A stretch of 64,000 nt of DNA, from the NCBI GenBank assembly GCA_964539825.1, contig CAZIKF010000001.1, positions 223,478 to 287,477 of the forward strand. Reading direction: 5' to 3'. The notes beneath the pieces are model-generated. The model did not search any database. It was not told where the DNA came from and worked only from the letters and a program-made list of their open reading frames with translations. Below are positions 46,981-58,600 of the stretch, piece after piece. The DNA is from an uncultured bacterium (GTDB lineage: Bacteria; Muiribacteriota; UBA6191). How positions within the stretch are numbered: the stretch's first letter is position 1; the number at the start of each line of letters is the position of its first letter. The position numbers and the translations under genes were made by a program.

Positions 46981-47814
46981 TCACTGCTTGATATCTTCTA
47001 GGAATTGCTCTAGGCGTCGAGTCTGAATTCTCTTGTAGAGATACTCCGGGAGTTTTTTGTAGTTGTTGGCTTTGCAATAGATCAGGTAGTCGATGTTGCC
47101 TTTGACTTCCTTAAAATAATCTACCGCGGTTAGATCCGACCTGCTTTCAACAACATGAACCTTAGTCCAACATTCTTTCAGAAATCGAGGAAGATCAATG
47201 ACGGTCCATTTCTCGTATGAAATTTCATCTTCGGTTTCTTTCTCACTCTGATAGGCTTCAAGGGGTATGGGATTCCCATTCATATCAAAGAAGCGCGCTG
47301 ATGAGGTATAGGATTTATCCTTGAAATGGGCTTCAATTAGAACAGGAAAGTTCATCGGATCATTTAAGGAGAAACATGGCTTTCGCTCAGGAACATCTGG
47401 TTTTTTCCAGTTCATTTTTTGAAAAAATTCAGAAATATCATACTGAGTAACTACATCCTCTTCATCGATAAAGGAAAAGCGGCCTCGTTTAATTAAATCC
47501 TTTCGTCTTTCGTCTAAAAACTCGATGGTTCCTACCTTCGGTCTTAAATTGGGGGAAAGACAAATCTCTTTAATGTCCGAGTGACACTCAATTCGACTGA
47601 CATTTGACCACTCATAAAACCAAAACGGACCGAGGTCCAGAAGGTAGCGATCTTCCGAGTATTCTCCCTGTGCTACCGAAGTTTGCTGACAAAGTTGCTT
47701 GGTATTAAGAACTACACCGTTACAGTCATAGAACTGTATATAGGATTCAAATTGTTCGGTATCATTTCCACGAAAGATGCGAATTACTATGTCTTCAGAT
47801 TCTGTGGTCTCCAT
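46981..47814 (-). CDS. hypothetical cytoplasmic protein
   Basis: 277-aa ORF. I recognise no family. Confidence 0.45.
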   Translation of the reverse strand: METTESEDIVIRIFRGNDTEQFESYIQFYDCNGVVLNTKQLCQQTSVAQGEYSEDRYLLDLGPFWFYEWSNVSRIECHSDIKEICLSPNLRPKVGTIEFLDERRKDLIKRGRFSFIDEEDVVTQYDISEFFQKMNWKKPDVPERKPCFSLNDPMNFPVLIEAHFKDKSYTSSARFFDMNGNPIPLEAYQSEKETEDEISYEKWTVIDLPRFLKECWTKVHVVESRSDLTAVDYFKEVKGNIDYLIYCKANNYKKLPEYLYKRIQTRRLEQFLEDIKQ

Positions 47815-47893
47815 AATTGGGATGGCTCAAAACAGAGTCATGATCTTATCATGAAAAGCCCGTCAGTTCAAGGTTTGCGCCCACTTTCACCGA

Positions 47894-49120
47894 TTAAACT
47901 CGTGGGTTTAGAGCTTCTAAAGAAGGATCTAAAAAGAGTCCATTTTCTTGGATCAATTCACCATCGAGGAGCATTCTGGATCCACCTTCCCTATTTAACA
48001 TCTGGGTAAGATCCCAGTGAATTGCGGATTCACCGCCATTATCAACCTCAACCTTTTTTCCATTGTAGTAGCTGAAATGGTAGGGACTTCCGAGGGCTAT
48101 GTGAAAACTAGAGCCCTTTTTTTCAAACAAAAGGGTATCTGATACATCTTCGATCAATTCACGATTCGTTCCTATCCCGATTTCTCCTACGAGTCTAGAG
48201 CCCGAATCAAAATCGAGTATCTTTAACAAGCGCTTTCTACCTTCACTGGCGTCAGATTCAACCACCCTTCCTTTTTCAAATTTCAAGTAGATATCCCGGA
48301 TGAGTTTCCCTTGATAAAAAAACCTGCCCGGCGAAAAGTAGGTTCCTTCTACCGAAGTCAAAACTGGTGCGGAAAAGACTTCCGAACCTGGATAATTCTT
48401 CGTGATAGTAGAGTTTGCAAACGTCATTTCTTTGATCGAAAGAAGCAAGCTAGTTCGTTTGCGTGGATTGGCGTTGGACAAATCTGCTTCAATTTTTAAT
48501 TCATGACCCTTATCCAACTTCTGGATCAACTTCTCTTGAGCTATTTCAATCTCGTTCCAGGGCAAACTACAGGCTCGAAAATAAACATCTAGATATTCTT
48601 CAAAGCTCATCCCATCAACTTGAGCCTGGTAAGGAGTGGGGAGACTAACTCCGCAGCGGCGAGTTCGCTCTTCATCGACTATCTCCTCTCTAACCGCCTT
48701 TTGATGCGAAATCCAGATCCTCTCTCTGGTTCCCTCAATGGTGGGAAGCACATTACCATCAGCGTAGCGCAGGGACAGGTAACAGTCAGAGCACTGAATT
48801 CTTGCCAAAAAGGCAGCATCGGGTCTCTTTAGGTACTGAATCGCCAAACCTTCCTTAAGGAGGCCATTCATACACTCGTCTCTGAGCCGGAAATCAAGTG
48901 AGGCTCCAAGTGCCAGAACTTTCTTTGCCACTTCGTAGGCAACCTGGGATGCTCCTGGATCATAGTCGATGAAAACATGATCTGCCTTTTCCACCCTCAG
49001 GGAATGAAAAACCAAATCATCAGAAATTTTATCTACAAATTTTTTTGGGTATTCAGGATATCCATTTCGAAGACTCACTATTTCCTCCTCTCCTCGCTCG
49101 TACAAGGAAAAAGAATTCAA
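47894..49120 (-). CDS. M29-family aminopeptidase (aminopeptidase T / AmpS-like)
   Basis: SEVFSAP, DTLLFEKKGSSFHIALGSPY and HWD blocks parallel the EEVFTAP, DTLFDENAASHIAFGQAY and HVDW blocks of Thermus aminopeptidase T. Length 408 aa. Confidence 0.65.
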   Translation of the reverse strand: MNSFSLYERGEEEIVSLRNGYPEYPKKFVDKISDDLVFHSLRVEKADHVFIDYDPGASQVAYEVAKKVLALGASLDFRLRDECMNGLLKEGLAIQYLKRPDAAFLARIQCSDCYLSLRYADGNVLPTIEGTRERIWISHQKAVREEIVDEERTRRCGVSLPTPYQAQVDGMSFEEYLDVYFRACSLPWNEIEIAQEKLIQKLDKGHELKIEADLSNANPRKRTSLLLSIKEMTFANSTITKNYPGSEVFSAPVLTSVEGTYFSPGRFFYQGKLIRDIYLKFEKGRVVESDASEGRKRLLKILDFDSGSRLVGEIGIGTNRELIEDVSDTLLFEKKGSSFHIALGSPYHFSYYNGKKVEVDNGGESAIHWDLTQMLNREGGSRMLLDGELIQENGLFLDPSLEALNPRV

Positions 49121-49143
49121 GGGATCGGTAAGTGCTCCAGGCC

Positions 49144-49608
49144 CTATGCGATAGACCGCAGCAATTGAACAGTGCTAATAAGCGCGATCGCGGCATCCAA
49201 GCCTTTGTTTCCAGATTTTCCACCCGCTCGATCCAATGCCTGTTCCATTGAATCTGTGGTAAGAACTCCGTTGGCTGCAGGGAAACCCAGATCCAGGGTA
49301 ACTTGCTGAATTCCTGAGGCACTCTGATTTACAACTACGTCAAAATGAGCGGTATCACCTCGAATCACGGCACCCACACAAACAGCCCCGTCAAACCTAT
49401 CGCTGCGCCCGATCTCCTGGAGAATGAGGGGAATTTCCAACGCTCCCGGGACAAGAAACAGACTGATATCATCCCGTGAAACCCCATGTTGGCATAATCC
49501 CGCTATACAGCCATCCTTTAACGCATCTGTAATCATGCGGTTAAAACAAGACTGAATAACCGCTATTTTCAATGCAGATCCTTCAAGACTGCCTTCAAAT
49601 ATTTCCAT
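49144..49608 (-). CDS. ribH: 6,7-dimethyl-8-ribityllumazine synthase
   Basis: KIAVIQSCFNRMITDALKDG...LFLVPGALEIP...GAVIRGDTAHFD are RibH signatures. Length 154 aa. Confidence 0.9.
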   Translation of the reverse strand: MEIFEGSLEGSALKIAVIQSCFNRMITDALKDGCIAGLCQHGVSRDDISLFLVPGALEIPLILQEIGRSDRFDGAVCVGAVIRGDTAHFDVVVNQSASGIQQVTLDLGFPAANGVLTTDSMEQALDRAGGKSGNKGLDAAIALISTVQLLRSIA

Positions 49609-49673
49609 TGCTCTTTTCTCTTCTAAGTTCGATTTGTTTCCGCACTCAATAAAAGGACTGCCCTGCCTGGCAT

Positions 49674-50903
49674 CTAAATCTGTTCGAGGAAATGTCCCAG
49701 CTTGGTCTTTTTCGTCAAAAGGTATTTATGATTACACTTCTTTGGTTTGATTTCAATGGGAACCCGTTCTACCACTTCCAAACCATATCCATCCAGTCCA
49801 ACAATCTTGCGGGGGTTATTGGTGATTAATTTCATCTTGCTGATCCCCATATTCCTGAGAACCTGGGCACCCACTCCATAATGTCTTAAATCGGGAGGGA
49901 ACCCCAACTTCTGATTAGCCTCTACGGTATCATAACCTTGTTCCTGCAGCCGATAGGCTAGGATTTTGTGGCGCAATCCAATTCCCCTACCCTCCTGGCG
50001 AAGATAGAGAAGTACCCCCCTGCCCTCTTTCTCAATTAGCTGCAAAGCAGTTCTTAGCTGATCTCCACAGTCACAGCGGCTGGAGCCAAAAATATCACCG
50101 GTTATACACTGGGAATGAACCCTCACCATGACGGGTTCCTCCGGCTTAAAGGTTCCCTTCGAGAGAACGAGATAGTCTTTTTTGTCTACACTGGATTCAT
50201 AGATCCGCACATCAAAAAGCCCATGTTCTGTAGGTAGCTCTGACTCAGCTACCAGGGCTACCAGGGAATCTTGAGCCAGACGATATTCAATCAAGTCGGC
50301 TATGGAAACAATTTTAATCGAATGTTTTTTCCCAAATTCAACCAACTGAGGAATCCTGGCCATTGTCCCATCTTCATTCATAATCTCGCAGATGATTCCT
50401 GAGGGTTTACAGCCGGCAAGCCTGGCAAGGTCAACAGATCCCTCTGTTTGACCAGCACGCTCAATCACGCCGCCATCGCGAGCCCTCAAAGGGAATACGT
50501 GTCCTGGTTTTACAAAATCTTGAGGAGTCGACTCCATCTTAGTGGAGTCTAATATGGTTTTATAGCGGTCATAGGCTGATATTCCAGTGGTAACTCCCTT
50601 TGCCGCATCTATAGAAACCGTAAACGCGGTCTGGTACTTGCATGTGTTATCTGTGACCATGGGCGGGAAACCAAGTTGGTCGGCTCTTTCATTGGTCAAG
50701 GTCAGGCAGATTAGCCCACGTGCCTCTCGTGCCATGAAGTTGATAGCCTCGGGAGTAACATGCTCTGCCGCCATGCATAAATCTCCCTCATTCTCTCTGT
50801 CCGGATCGTCTACCAGAATACACATTTTGCCATCTGCAAGATCCTTGATGGCATCTTCGACGGGATCAAGAGTAACCGGGGACACTATCTGTTCAGAACT
50901 CAT
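49674..50903 (-). CDS. ribBA: bifunctional 3,4-dihydroxy-2-butanone-4-phosphate synthase / GTP cyclohydrolase II
   Basis: The RibB motif LVDDPDRENEGDL and the GCH-II motif RVHSQCITGDIFGSSRCDCG are both present. Confidence 0.9.
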   Translation of the reverse strand: MSSEQIVSPVTLDPVEDAIKDLADGKMCILVDDPDRENEGDLCMAAEHVTPEAINFMAREARGLICLTLTNERADQLGFPPMVTDNTCKYQTAFTVSIDAAKGVTTGISAYDRYKTILDSTKMESTPQDFVKPGHVFPLRARDGGVIERAGQTEGSVDLARLAGCKPSGIICEIMNEDGTMARIPQLVEFGKKHSIKIVSIADLIEYRLAQDSLVALVAESELPTEHGLFDVRIYESSVDKKDYLVLSKGTFKPEEPVMVRVHSQCITGDIFGSSRCDCGDQLRTALQLIEKEGRGVLLYLRQEGRGIGLRHKILAYRLQEQGYDTVEANQKLGFPPDLRHYGVGAQVLRNMGISKMKLITNNPRKIVGLDGYGLEVVERVPIEIKPKKCNHKYLLTKKTKLGHFLEQI

Positions 50904-51511
50904 TGATCCTCCTCGAAATCTAGTTTACTCTTCCAAGCCTGTAGATTCTTATAAACATATTTACCCAGAATATCAGCCTCAATATTAACACCACCGTCAA
51001 CTTTTGCACTTCCTAGTGTTGTTGCTCCCATAGTATGGGGAACAATCATGATCTCTAATTCTGTACCCTGGACCTGGTTTACGGTGAGCGAAATTCCATC
51101 CACAGCAATGGAGCCCTTCTCTACCATATAGGGCAAAAGCGAATCGGAAATCCCCAGGCGAAGTGCCCTATATTCACCTAGTTCTTCGAATTTTAGGATT
51201 TTTCCTACCCCATCGACATGACCCTGAACAATGTGCCCGCCCATCTTCTCGCCAGCTTTCAGGGCACTCTCCAGGTTTACCCGGCTACGCTCAGAAAAGG
51301 AGTCCAGGGAGATTCGCTGCTTGGTCTCCTCAGAGACTTGGACTGAAAAGCTATGAGAATCGAAATCACAAACCGTGAGGCAAACTCCATTAACCGCAAT
51401 CGAATCTCCCAGGGAAAGTTCCTTCAGAACACCTGAGCAGCGTACCCGCATCCGATCACCATGATCCCAACTCAAAACCTCACCAATCTCTTCTATAATT
51501 CCTGTGAACAT
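50900..51511 (-). CDS. ribE: riboflavin synthase
   Basis: MFTGIIEEIGEV is the canonical N-terminus and there is an internal duplicated lumazine-binding repeat. It overlaps ribBA by 4 nt. Confidence 0.85.
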   Translation of the reverse strand: MFTGIIEEIGEVLSWDHGDRMRVRCSGVLKELSLGDSIAVNGVCLTVCDFDSHSFSVQVSEETKQRISLDSFSERSRVNLESALKAGEKMGGHIVQGHVDGVGKILKFEELGEYRALRLGISDSLLPYMVEKGSIAVDGISLTVNQVQGTELEIMIVPHTMGATTLGSAKVDGGVNIEADILGKYVYKNLQAWKSKLDFEEDQ

Positions 51512-52611
51512 CGGAACCTTCCTTCCAATAGGAAACTATCCCCTAGCCTCTGTGTTGAAAAGAGTTGGAAAGCCCTTTCTTCAGGCCCCCTGAAACCGGG
51601 TACAGCACCCTCACCAAAAATTTTCGGACCATAAAACAGATGGGCGAAATCGACACAATCTCTCTGCAGGAGAAACTGTGTGACAACACCCCCACCTTCA
51701 ACCAGGAGTGAAATAATCCCTCTAGCTTTCATTTCTTCCAGGGCTATTGGCCACAGACCTTCATAGCCCTGCTTCTGACTCACGATTATCTGTTCGATGT
51801 GGGAGGGAAGATCCAATCGAAACTTAGACGAGAAATATAAAACTTTCCCCTCTCTAAAAGCCTTCAATCGAGAAGGTAGAGTTCCGGCCTCATCCAAACA
51901 AACTCTAATGGGATCCCTCCCCCGTACCAGTCGGCAGGTGAGTTCTGGATCATCTTGAAGGTACGTCTGCCTCCCTACAAGAATAGCCTGGTAACCGGCA
52001 CGTAGGTGGTGAACTCTTTTGCGTGCGGCCATGGAGGTAATCCACTTTGAGGATCCATCCCTTCTGGCGATTCTACCGTCCATCGTGAGAGCAAGTTTCA
52101 AAGCGATCATCGGTCTCCCTTTCTCAATGTTTACAAAAAAGGGCCGATTGAGATTCTTAGATTCACTTTGCAAAAGTCCTACATCACATTGAATTCCCTT
52201 TGATCTGAGAAAACCAATTCCCCCTGAGGCGACAGGGTTGGGATCCAGCGCTGCGATAACCACTCTTTTTATAGAGGAATTTAAGATCGCTTCCGTACAA
52301 GGCTTTGTCTTGCCATGATGATTACACGGCTCCAGAGTCACATACATAGTGGCTCCCGCCAAAGATTCCTCACAGGTTTCCAGAGCCGCCGCCTCTGCGT
52401 GAGCCTCCCCGAAGCAGCGGTGGAATCCTTCGGTTATAACCTTGGAATCCCTGGCTACCACGCAGCCTACCATGGGATTTGGGAAGGTACGACCCCAGCC
52501 CTTTCTGGCCAATGCCAGCGCTCTACGCATTAAGGTCTTATCGAGGGCGGAGAAGGCACTAGCCTCAGACGAATCAGGAGGAGAGTCGTGAAAAGAAGGA
52601 AAAGGCACCAT
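51493..52611 (-). CDS. ribD: bifunctional diaminohydroxyphosphoribosylaminopyrimidine deaminase / 5-amino-6-(5-phosphoribosylamino)uracil reductase
   Basis: The CMP/dCMP deaminase zinc site HAEAAAL...TLEPCNHHGKTKPC is followed by the reductase domain. The start may be the internal MRRALALA. Confidence 0.85.
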   Translation of the reverse strand: MVPFPSFHDSPPDSSEASAFSALDKTLMRRALALARKGWGRTFPNPMVGCVVARDSKVITEGFHRCFGEAHAEAAALETCEESLAGATMYVTLEPCNHHGKTKPCTEAILNSSIKRVVIAALDPNPVASGGIGFLRSKGIQCDVGLLQSESKNLNRPFFVNIEKGRPMIALKLALTMDGRIARRDGSSKWITSMAARKRVHHLRAGYQAILVGRQTYLQDDPELTCRLVRGRDPIRVCLDEAGTLPSRLKAFREGKVLYFSSKFRLDLPSHIEQIIVSQKQGYEGLWPIALEEMKARGIISLLVEGGGVVTQFLLQRDCVDFAHLFYGPKIFGEGAVPGFRGPEERAFQLFSTQRLGDSFLLEGRFRCSQEL

Positions 52612-55600
52612 AAAAGCTCAGGTCCCATTATTAGCGCAATGGGATACAGGAACAGAGATACCATGATTTTAAGCGCTGGGGAACCCTTCATTGCTTTAGC
52701 GAGGGGTGGAGATAGGCGATAATAGGTCCCCACAAACGCTCTTCCCAGGCTTGAGCGCAGCAAAATAGCATCGCGAAACCAGCTCAGGCGGTGAACCAGC
52801 CAGGAGTTCTTGGAATCGCTCACCGCTGTTGCTATAAAACAGCCCCCGCCGCCCCCGCTACCCTGTACTTCAAAGGCCTTCGCAATTTCTTCCGCGGTCT
52901 GAGCCTGACTCTGGCCTGTAGTCACCAGGCTTGTAGAAACCCTGACATTCATCTCATCGGGTAGGGAGATAATTCCTTTAGAATCCCGAATCTGTAATTG
53001 AAAGCCGTATTGATCTTCCGCAGGAGGGACAAAGGAGGGAAATCTGGTACGTGAGTTTCTCAAAAGTACCGGCAGCCCTTTTGTCTGCGCCCAAAGGTAT
53101 TCAAATCCTCCGGAAACAGCGGTAGATAATTGTCCATTCAATTGAACAGTCTCATTAATCGCAGAGGTTTGGTCCACTCCTGCGTTTGCCCGGGGAGCAC
53201 TCTGGCCACTTGTCAAAACTACTACGATCATCTGGTCTTCAAGACTGGTATACGTACCGTCGTTGACCTGAATTCCAAAGGTATAGGTACCCGCCTTTTT
53301 TGGAGTAGCTTTTAGATTACAAGCACGAAAATCCTCCACGATGGCAGGAGGGCCGTCAATTTGCCTCCAGACACATTCAATAGAGGTAAGGGGAGCCACT
53401 CCTACCAGCGAGGTACAGGGAACTAAATCCGCCTGGGAAAGAGTATGTTCCCCTACAGGATTACTAATTTCTGCCGCACTCGCCCTGAGATCCGAATCGA
53501 TACATTTTGGCCCTGCTGATAACTCCAAAAGACCAAGATTAACCACCCGATCATCAGGGGCCTGCACACTGGGGATAAAATTATTGGCCCCACTCACCTT
53601 ATCATCGGGATCATTCACGAGCAGAACTAATTTCCTTGCTAGTGAAGGAAAAATTCCCGCGTCCTTGACCTGGCTTACAGAAAGATCAAAGGAATATATG
53701 CCGGGCTCTACAGGAACAAAACTAACAATGGAACAGTCTCTTACCACAGGTGCCAAGGTGACCAGGGGACCGGCAGACTGCCTCCATTTATAAATCGTAT
53801 CCAAAGCTTTACAGTCATTTGTTGTAACTGCCTGAGGAAAAGTAGAACCAGCAGATGCTGAGATTGTATTGTGATCCGGAAAGGAGTCGAGACCACTCAT
53901 CTGGATTTCAAACTGTACCGGAACCCGGAAGACTCCAGCTGCTTCATCCGTAGACTGTATACTTCTTCTAATCCTGGAAACGCTGTTGCTTGAATTTTGT
54001 GTGAACAACGCGGGAGTACCAAAAATTTTGGGACGTGAAATCGGAATCAAGTCATCGGGTTCATTAACCGCGACGCGAACGCAGTCTGAGGCAGAAAATA
54101 TCCCTTTCCCCTCCTCTTGCACCTTTAACACAAAGGCGAAAATTCCGGCTTTACTGAAAGTAACGATAGGATTGGCAATACTCGCCTGCCCTGGACTTAC
54201 AGAAATACCATCATTCGTCTCAAGCCCTTCACACCGTGAGGGCACCTCCCTTGTCGCTGATGTCAGCAATTCCCAAAAATAAAGAAGATTGTTCGTGGAA
54301 TCGGCGCCCCCTGATCGGTCTCCCTGCAAAGTAACGGGTAAGCCAACAGAAGTGACCAGGTCGGGTCCTGCATCGGCGATAGGAAAGATTTCCACAGTGG
54401 AATTTACTCGAAATGTAACTCGATCTCTGGACTCAAGTTGCGCCGTATCTTGAACAATGAGTTCAAATTCATACAATCCAGTCCTATCAGTCTGAAAACT
54501 GGTTTTCGCCTCACGAAAATTCGCGATACCAAAATTACCCCCGGTCCCAAGCCTGGGACCGCTCAATTGCACCCATAAAAAAGAAAGGTCCTCTTTGTTG
54601 GGATCAAAGGATCGCGACCCATCCAGGAAAATAGCCTGGTTTACCTGGCCAATCGAATCGAGTCCCGCATCAGCAACCGGTGAAAGGTTTTGTATGGTGA
54701 TTACCATTTCATCCTTCTCTGACTGCACACCGGGCTGGGTTTGTATGCTCAGGCTTACACGATATTCACCCGGGTGAAGCGCAACGAAGAATGTCTGCGT
54801 ACTGAATCGATTCAAGATAGTGGGAGACGTTTCACTTAGCCCTCCTGGAGCTGATTCCAATGTCCATTCAAAAGTAGCGTCAGCAGTAGTGGAGCGATTG
54901 AGATTAGAACTGGAGCCATCCAGTAAGACTACGCCTGGAATCAAGTTTTGATCGGCACCCGCGTTTGCGATCGGTAAAAAGTCAAAGGCGTTGTACATGT
55001 CTTTGCCGGACTGAAACTCCTCCACGTTGCTAATTCCATCACCATCAAAGTCCAGTAATGCATCGGTGGGATCAAAAAGGTCCAAATCAGGGAATCTGGG
55101 GTCCACCTCGATAGAGTTAGGGAGTCCATCGCCATCGGTATCCAGATCCAGGGATCCATCACCATTGAGGTCCTGGGAGCCTGTACTTTCCCGCACCTCA
55201 AGCGTGCGGAAGCTAAGCAGGTCAGAGAAGAGTGATTCATTCCCCAGGGGATCCCTAACTGAAATTGAGATAAAGTAAGTAGAGTTTGGACACAACGCCT
55301 GTAAATCCGCATCTAAAACACTCACATGGCATTGTGCTGGTAGAGTGCCATCTGATCTCACGCCCCCAAAAAGGGAATTGGGCCTACCGATTGTGACAGA
55401 GTGCCCAAGACTAAAGTTAACCTGCGAAAGTTCTTGAAACGTTTGTACAATCCCTGGATTTTCCAGGGATCGAATACTCACAAAACCTACCGCACCCTCG
55501 GTAGTGTTCCAGGTGACAGTCGCCAAATGAATGCCCACATTCGTTACGATCACATTGGTTACAATTGGAGATGAAATATCCACCGTAATAGTATGCTTTA

Positions 55601-58600
55601 GCTCTGCTGAAGCGTTCCCGAACAAATCAACAGCTACCGCTTCAAGCCTATTTTCTCCCTCTCTCAGGCCGCTTAGTTCCACCTTCCAGAATCCATTCAC
55701 ATCCACCTGGGTAGTAACTCTTTGACCTGAGATAGAATTATCCACCTGTAAAAAACTGAAAGGTTCGGCGGTTCCGCAAAGAGGTACGGTGACAAAGCGA
55801 ATTAAGACCGGCGTTGAAACCTCACCCGGACAAACGGAAAGTTTAGGAGTAGGCGGTTCTGTCTGGTCAACCTTAGTCAAAACACCGGTTAGACTTCTCA
55901 CCGGGGGGAAACTCAGGGCAGATCGTGGAATGGTTGTAAAAAAGGTAGGATCTCTACTCCCGAGGCTAGCGGAGTCAAGGGAAACGGATTTATGCAGTTG
56001 GAGGGATTCTTTTCCACGTAGAGAAATTTCATGAGTCCTGGTGAAAGGGCTGCTGAGAAAATTCTCTATGTTTTGGGGAACTCCAGCTGCTACGGTCCGC
56101 TCTAAAGCAACGGTTTGTCCCCCGTCTACCTTGACTGGAATATATGGAAGTATTTCAATCACTGAATCAATAAATTCCCCGCTCACATCGATAGTTAAAA
56201 CAGCGAGAAAACTGGCCCGTTGGGCTGGCAGTCCATCACGAGCAGGATTCAAAACAATGGAGGTTACCAAAGAGCCGCTTCGCGAGGGATAGGCCAGGTT
56301 CTTAAAACTCGCTCTTATGGAGGGCTGCCCCCCGAAACCAACAACCTTTCCATTTCCATCCAATAACCCCGGATACACATTTTCCGGAATGATAAAGCTG
56401 TCCAGAACCGCTGTACCCAGCAAAACATCATGGTCCTGATCAAACCTACCATCAGGGGTCCAGCTAGAATAATCATCTGAGTTCTTATCTGCTTCAGAGC
56501 CGTCCATATACAGTTTCACTGAACTTCGTGGAATTAAACTACTTTCCAGGATAGCCACGGACTCACCCAGCCCCTTGCCGGAAATAAAGATCACCATAGA
56601 CTCTACCGTCAGAGCTTCACGACTGCCCCCCAGGAGCGTAAATCCGGTCACTTCAATATTGGTGGTCTTGGGACCTACTACTGTCACGGTAGTACTGGCC
56701 GGACTGGACCCGGAAGAAAAGACTTCCCTTGAGGTCAGGACAGGGAAATCATCGGGCTGTAGAAGCCTGATTTTGCGGCCTGTGATCAGAGTTGAGGTTA
56801 CAGTTCCATAATCGTAGGCAGAATCCTCAGCCCAAAGAACCTGTACGTTTACGCTGGATGCGGATCCTGCACCCACAACAACCTCCGAGGGATTCGGATA
56901 ACGATAATCGAAGTTTCTCACAAAGGTGGCCGGGGTCAGGTCGGTAGGATCCGTTATGTCCGTAATCGTTAGTACCCCGCCATGGATATCCCGCGTAGGG
57001 TTTTCTACCCGTCTGGTGGAAAGATCCCTGGGGATCATTTCAAAAACAAAGAAATGATTGGAGGTTAGCTCCTTTTCTCCGGGTAGTGAAACACAAAGCA
57101 GGTTGGTTTCAACAACTGTCCCGCCCCTTGAAATATAGTAATCCGGGTACCCATCTAAGTTAAGATCTCCCCACTCCATATGACGATTGAGGTTGAGATC
57201 AGAAATTCCGCAGGAATCGACCTCACGAATATCTGCATTACCCTCACTGAGCAACCCCCGCATCCGTGGACTTGCCAGAAAATGCTTATTGGAATTTAGA
57301 ACGCTGAGATCCAAAAAGCCGTCGTTATCCGTATCTACCATCTCAGCCCAAACCGCATCGCCACTTTCCATGGTTGCCAGAAGAGGATTGTTGATTGGAA
57401 GCGCTAGTGGCTTAAAAACGCCACCTTCACTCAAAAAAAGCTGATTTCGGGTAACTGTGCTCGTTTGATTCCCTACAAAATAATAAAGATCCTGAGTGGA
57501 GTCATTGTTTAGATCACCGACAGCTGCGCCTCTGGAGCCTGGCTTGAGCAGCAGAAGTGAAGCGGCTGTATTTAGCCCATCCAGCTCACCCGGTTCGGCG
57601 GCATCGGCTGGAAGGCGGGAGAAAAGTTCACGCTGTGCAGTCAAGTCGACTGCCCGGCTCAGGAAGAGTCGATCGGGATCTACCTCATTAATAATCAGGA
57701 GATCATCATTCTGGTCTGAGTCAAAATCCTCGGCGATAACCATTTTAGCGGAAAGGAACTTTGTAATCGGTGATTGAGATGGTAGGTTCAAAAGTTCATT
57801 ATCCTGGTCTGCGGGAGGCACGGTAGGCTCCAGGAAGGCGAATCCCGTTGTCAGTGCCGAGGTCTGTACTGAACCGTAAAGCAATGAGGAAGTGTTATCG
57901 GAGAGGGTCGGTTTATTGGGGTCGGTCGCTTTGTTCAGAATATAGAGATCCAGAGAGCCGTCACTATTCCAGTCTCCTGCCTCAGCGAAGACTCCATTCC
58001 CATTGTGGTTCTCTAGAATCCCCCCGTTGTCCCGAAGAACCTCTTTGATTTCATAAAAATAGTTGTCAAAGGTATCGCTATCCCTATTCAGGGTACCTGG
58101 AAAAATTTCTGCGACATTATTAGAAATAAAACTCTTAAGCCGAAATCTTTTTTCCAGTAAATCTTCAATGGTATTGGAATTGCGAAAGACATCCAGCAGC
58201 ACGATTCCACGAATACTGTTGTCATCATTTGTTTTAATCTTTGACTTGAGATCAAATCCCACTCGTCGATCAACAAAGGCTGGCAGAGCACGAAGTTCAC
58301 CGGTGGTTCTGATAAATCGGAAATAAAAGGGACTGGTTGATATGGTAGAAATATCCAGTCCGGATAAGGTCGGGTCCAGCAATAGAGATCGCCTGAGCTG
58401 GACAAATTCAGTTCTCACGGTACCAATGGGAACAACAGCCGCAATGGTCAGACCAAGGGTAGGATTCACTGAGAAAAACGCGACACGATCTTGAATTCTG
58501 GCTAAACTGGTAAAGTTGGAAGCGGGATTAGACGTCTCAATTCGACGGAAATCGATGAGTTGACCGCGATAGATCGGTAGGATCCCGGTTTCACCCAACT

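Noticed and set aside
52533-52610. Looked for an FMN riboswitch upstream of ribD
   Set aside because: At most 80 bp separate the giant gene's stop from the ribD start. The gap is zero if ribD starts at its second Met. That is too short for an RFN element and I saw no conserved RFN-like helices. The rib operon may be read through from, or promoted within, the giant gene.
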